This document shows, piece after piece, positions 63,931-64,000 of a stretch of DNA of 64,000 nucleotides. The translations under genes were made by a program, and so were the position numbers. Below the pieces are notes generated by a model. It had not been told where the DNA came from. It worked only from the letters and a program-made list of their open reading frames with translations, and did not search any database. Location: positions 13,454,001-13,518,000 of the forward strand of contig OX597840.1 of NCBI GenBank assembly GCA_951406725.2, given 5' to 3'. This stretch comes from Octopus vulgaris. Lineage: Eukaryota. Every line of letters starts with the position of its first letter. Position 1 is the stretch's first letter.

Positions 63931-64000
63931 TGTGTTTGTGCGTGCGTGTGTGTGTGTATGTGTATTTTTGGTGAATAAAGGTAATGACAAAGCCAGCTGT

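Noticed and set aside
61100-64000. Possible start of a third GCLC-like copy
   Set aside because: No exon-1-like TWEE/WGDE sequence found in this interval; only AT-rich DNA and repeat remnants.

Overview
This is AT-rich, repeat-dense eukaryotic genomic DNA. The tRNA-derived SINE families and (TA)n/(TG)n load look like an octopus or other cephalopod genome (inference). The main host gene, assembled by hand from splice signals, is a + strand 16-coding-exon gene (30647-61099, about 606 aa) encoding a strongly diverged homologue of the glutamate-cysteine ligase catalytic subunit (GCLC). The last two exons of a tandem paralogue lie at 594-708 and 1249-1415. The Mg/ATP/glutamate core is kept (WGDE-x-EY, PEY..E, LQ, DxRW, NW, EFR). 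Residues that line the cysteine pocket in canonical GCLC are altered (HPRF->LPLF, YMDAMGFGMG->YMDAPVFGAG, HFENIQSTNWQ->HIQTIIGSNWH). My best candidate for a new system is therefore a tandem cluster of neofunctionalised gamma-glutamyl ligases, possibly gamma-glutamyl-amine synthetases. The rest is transposon debris: a Helitron, Tx1/L1, CR1 and RTE LINEs, a gypsy element, several mariner/Tc1 elements, MITEs, many SINEs, and Penelope- or retrozyme-like elements with minimal hammerhead ribozyme motifs. One of the latter carries a CCAAT/CRE array plus a TATA box just upstream of the gene.
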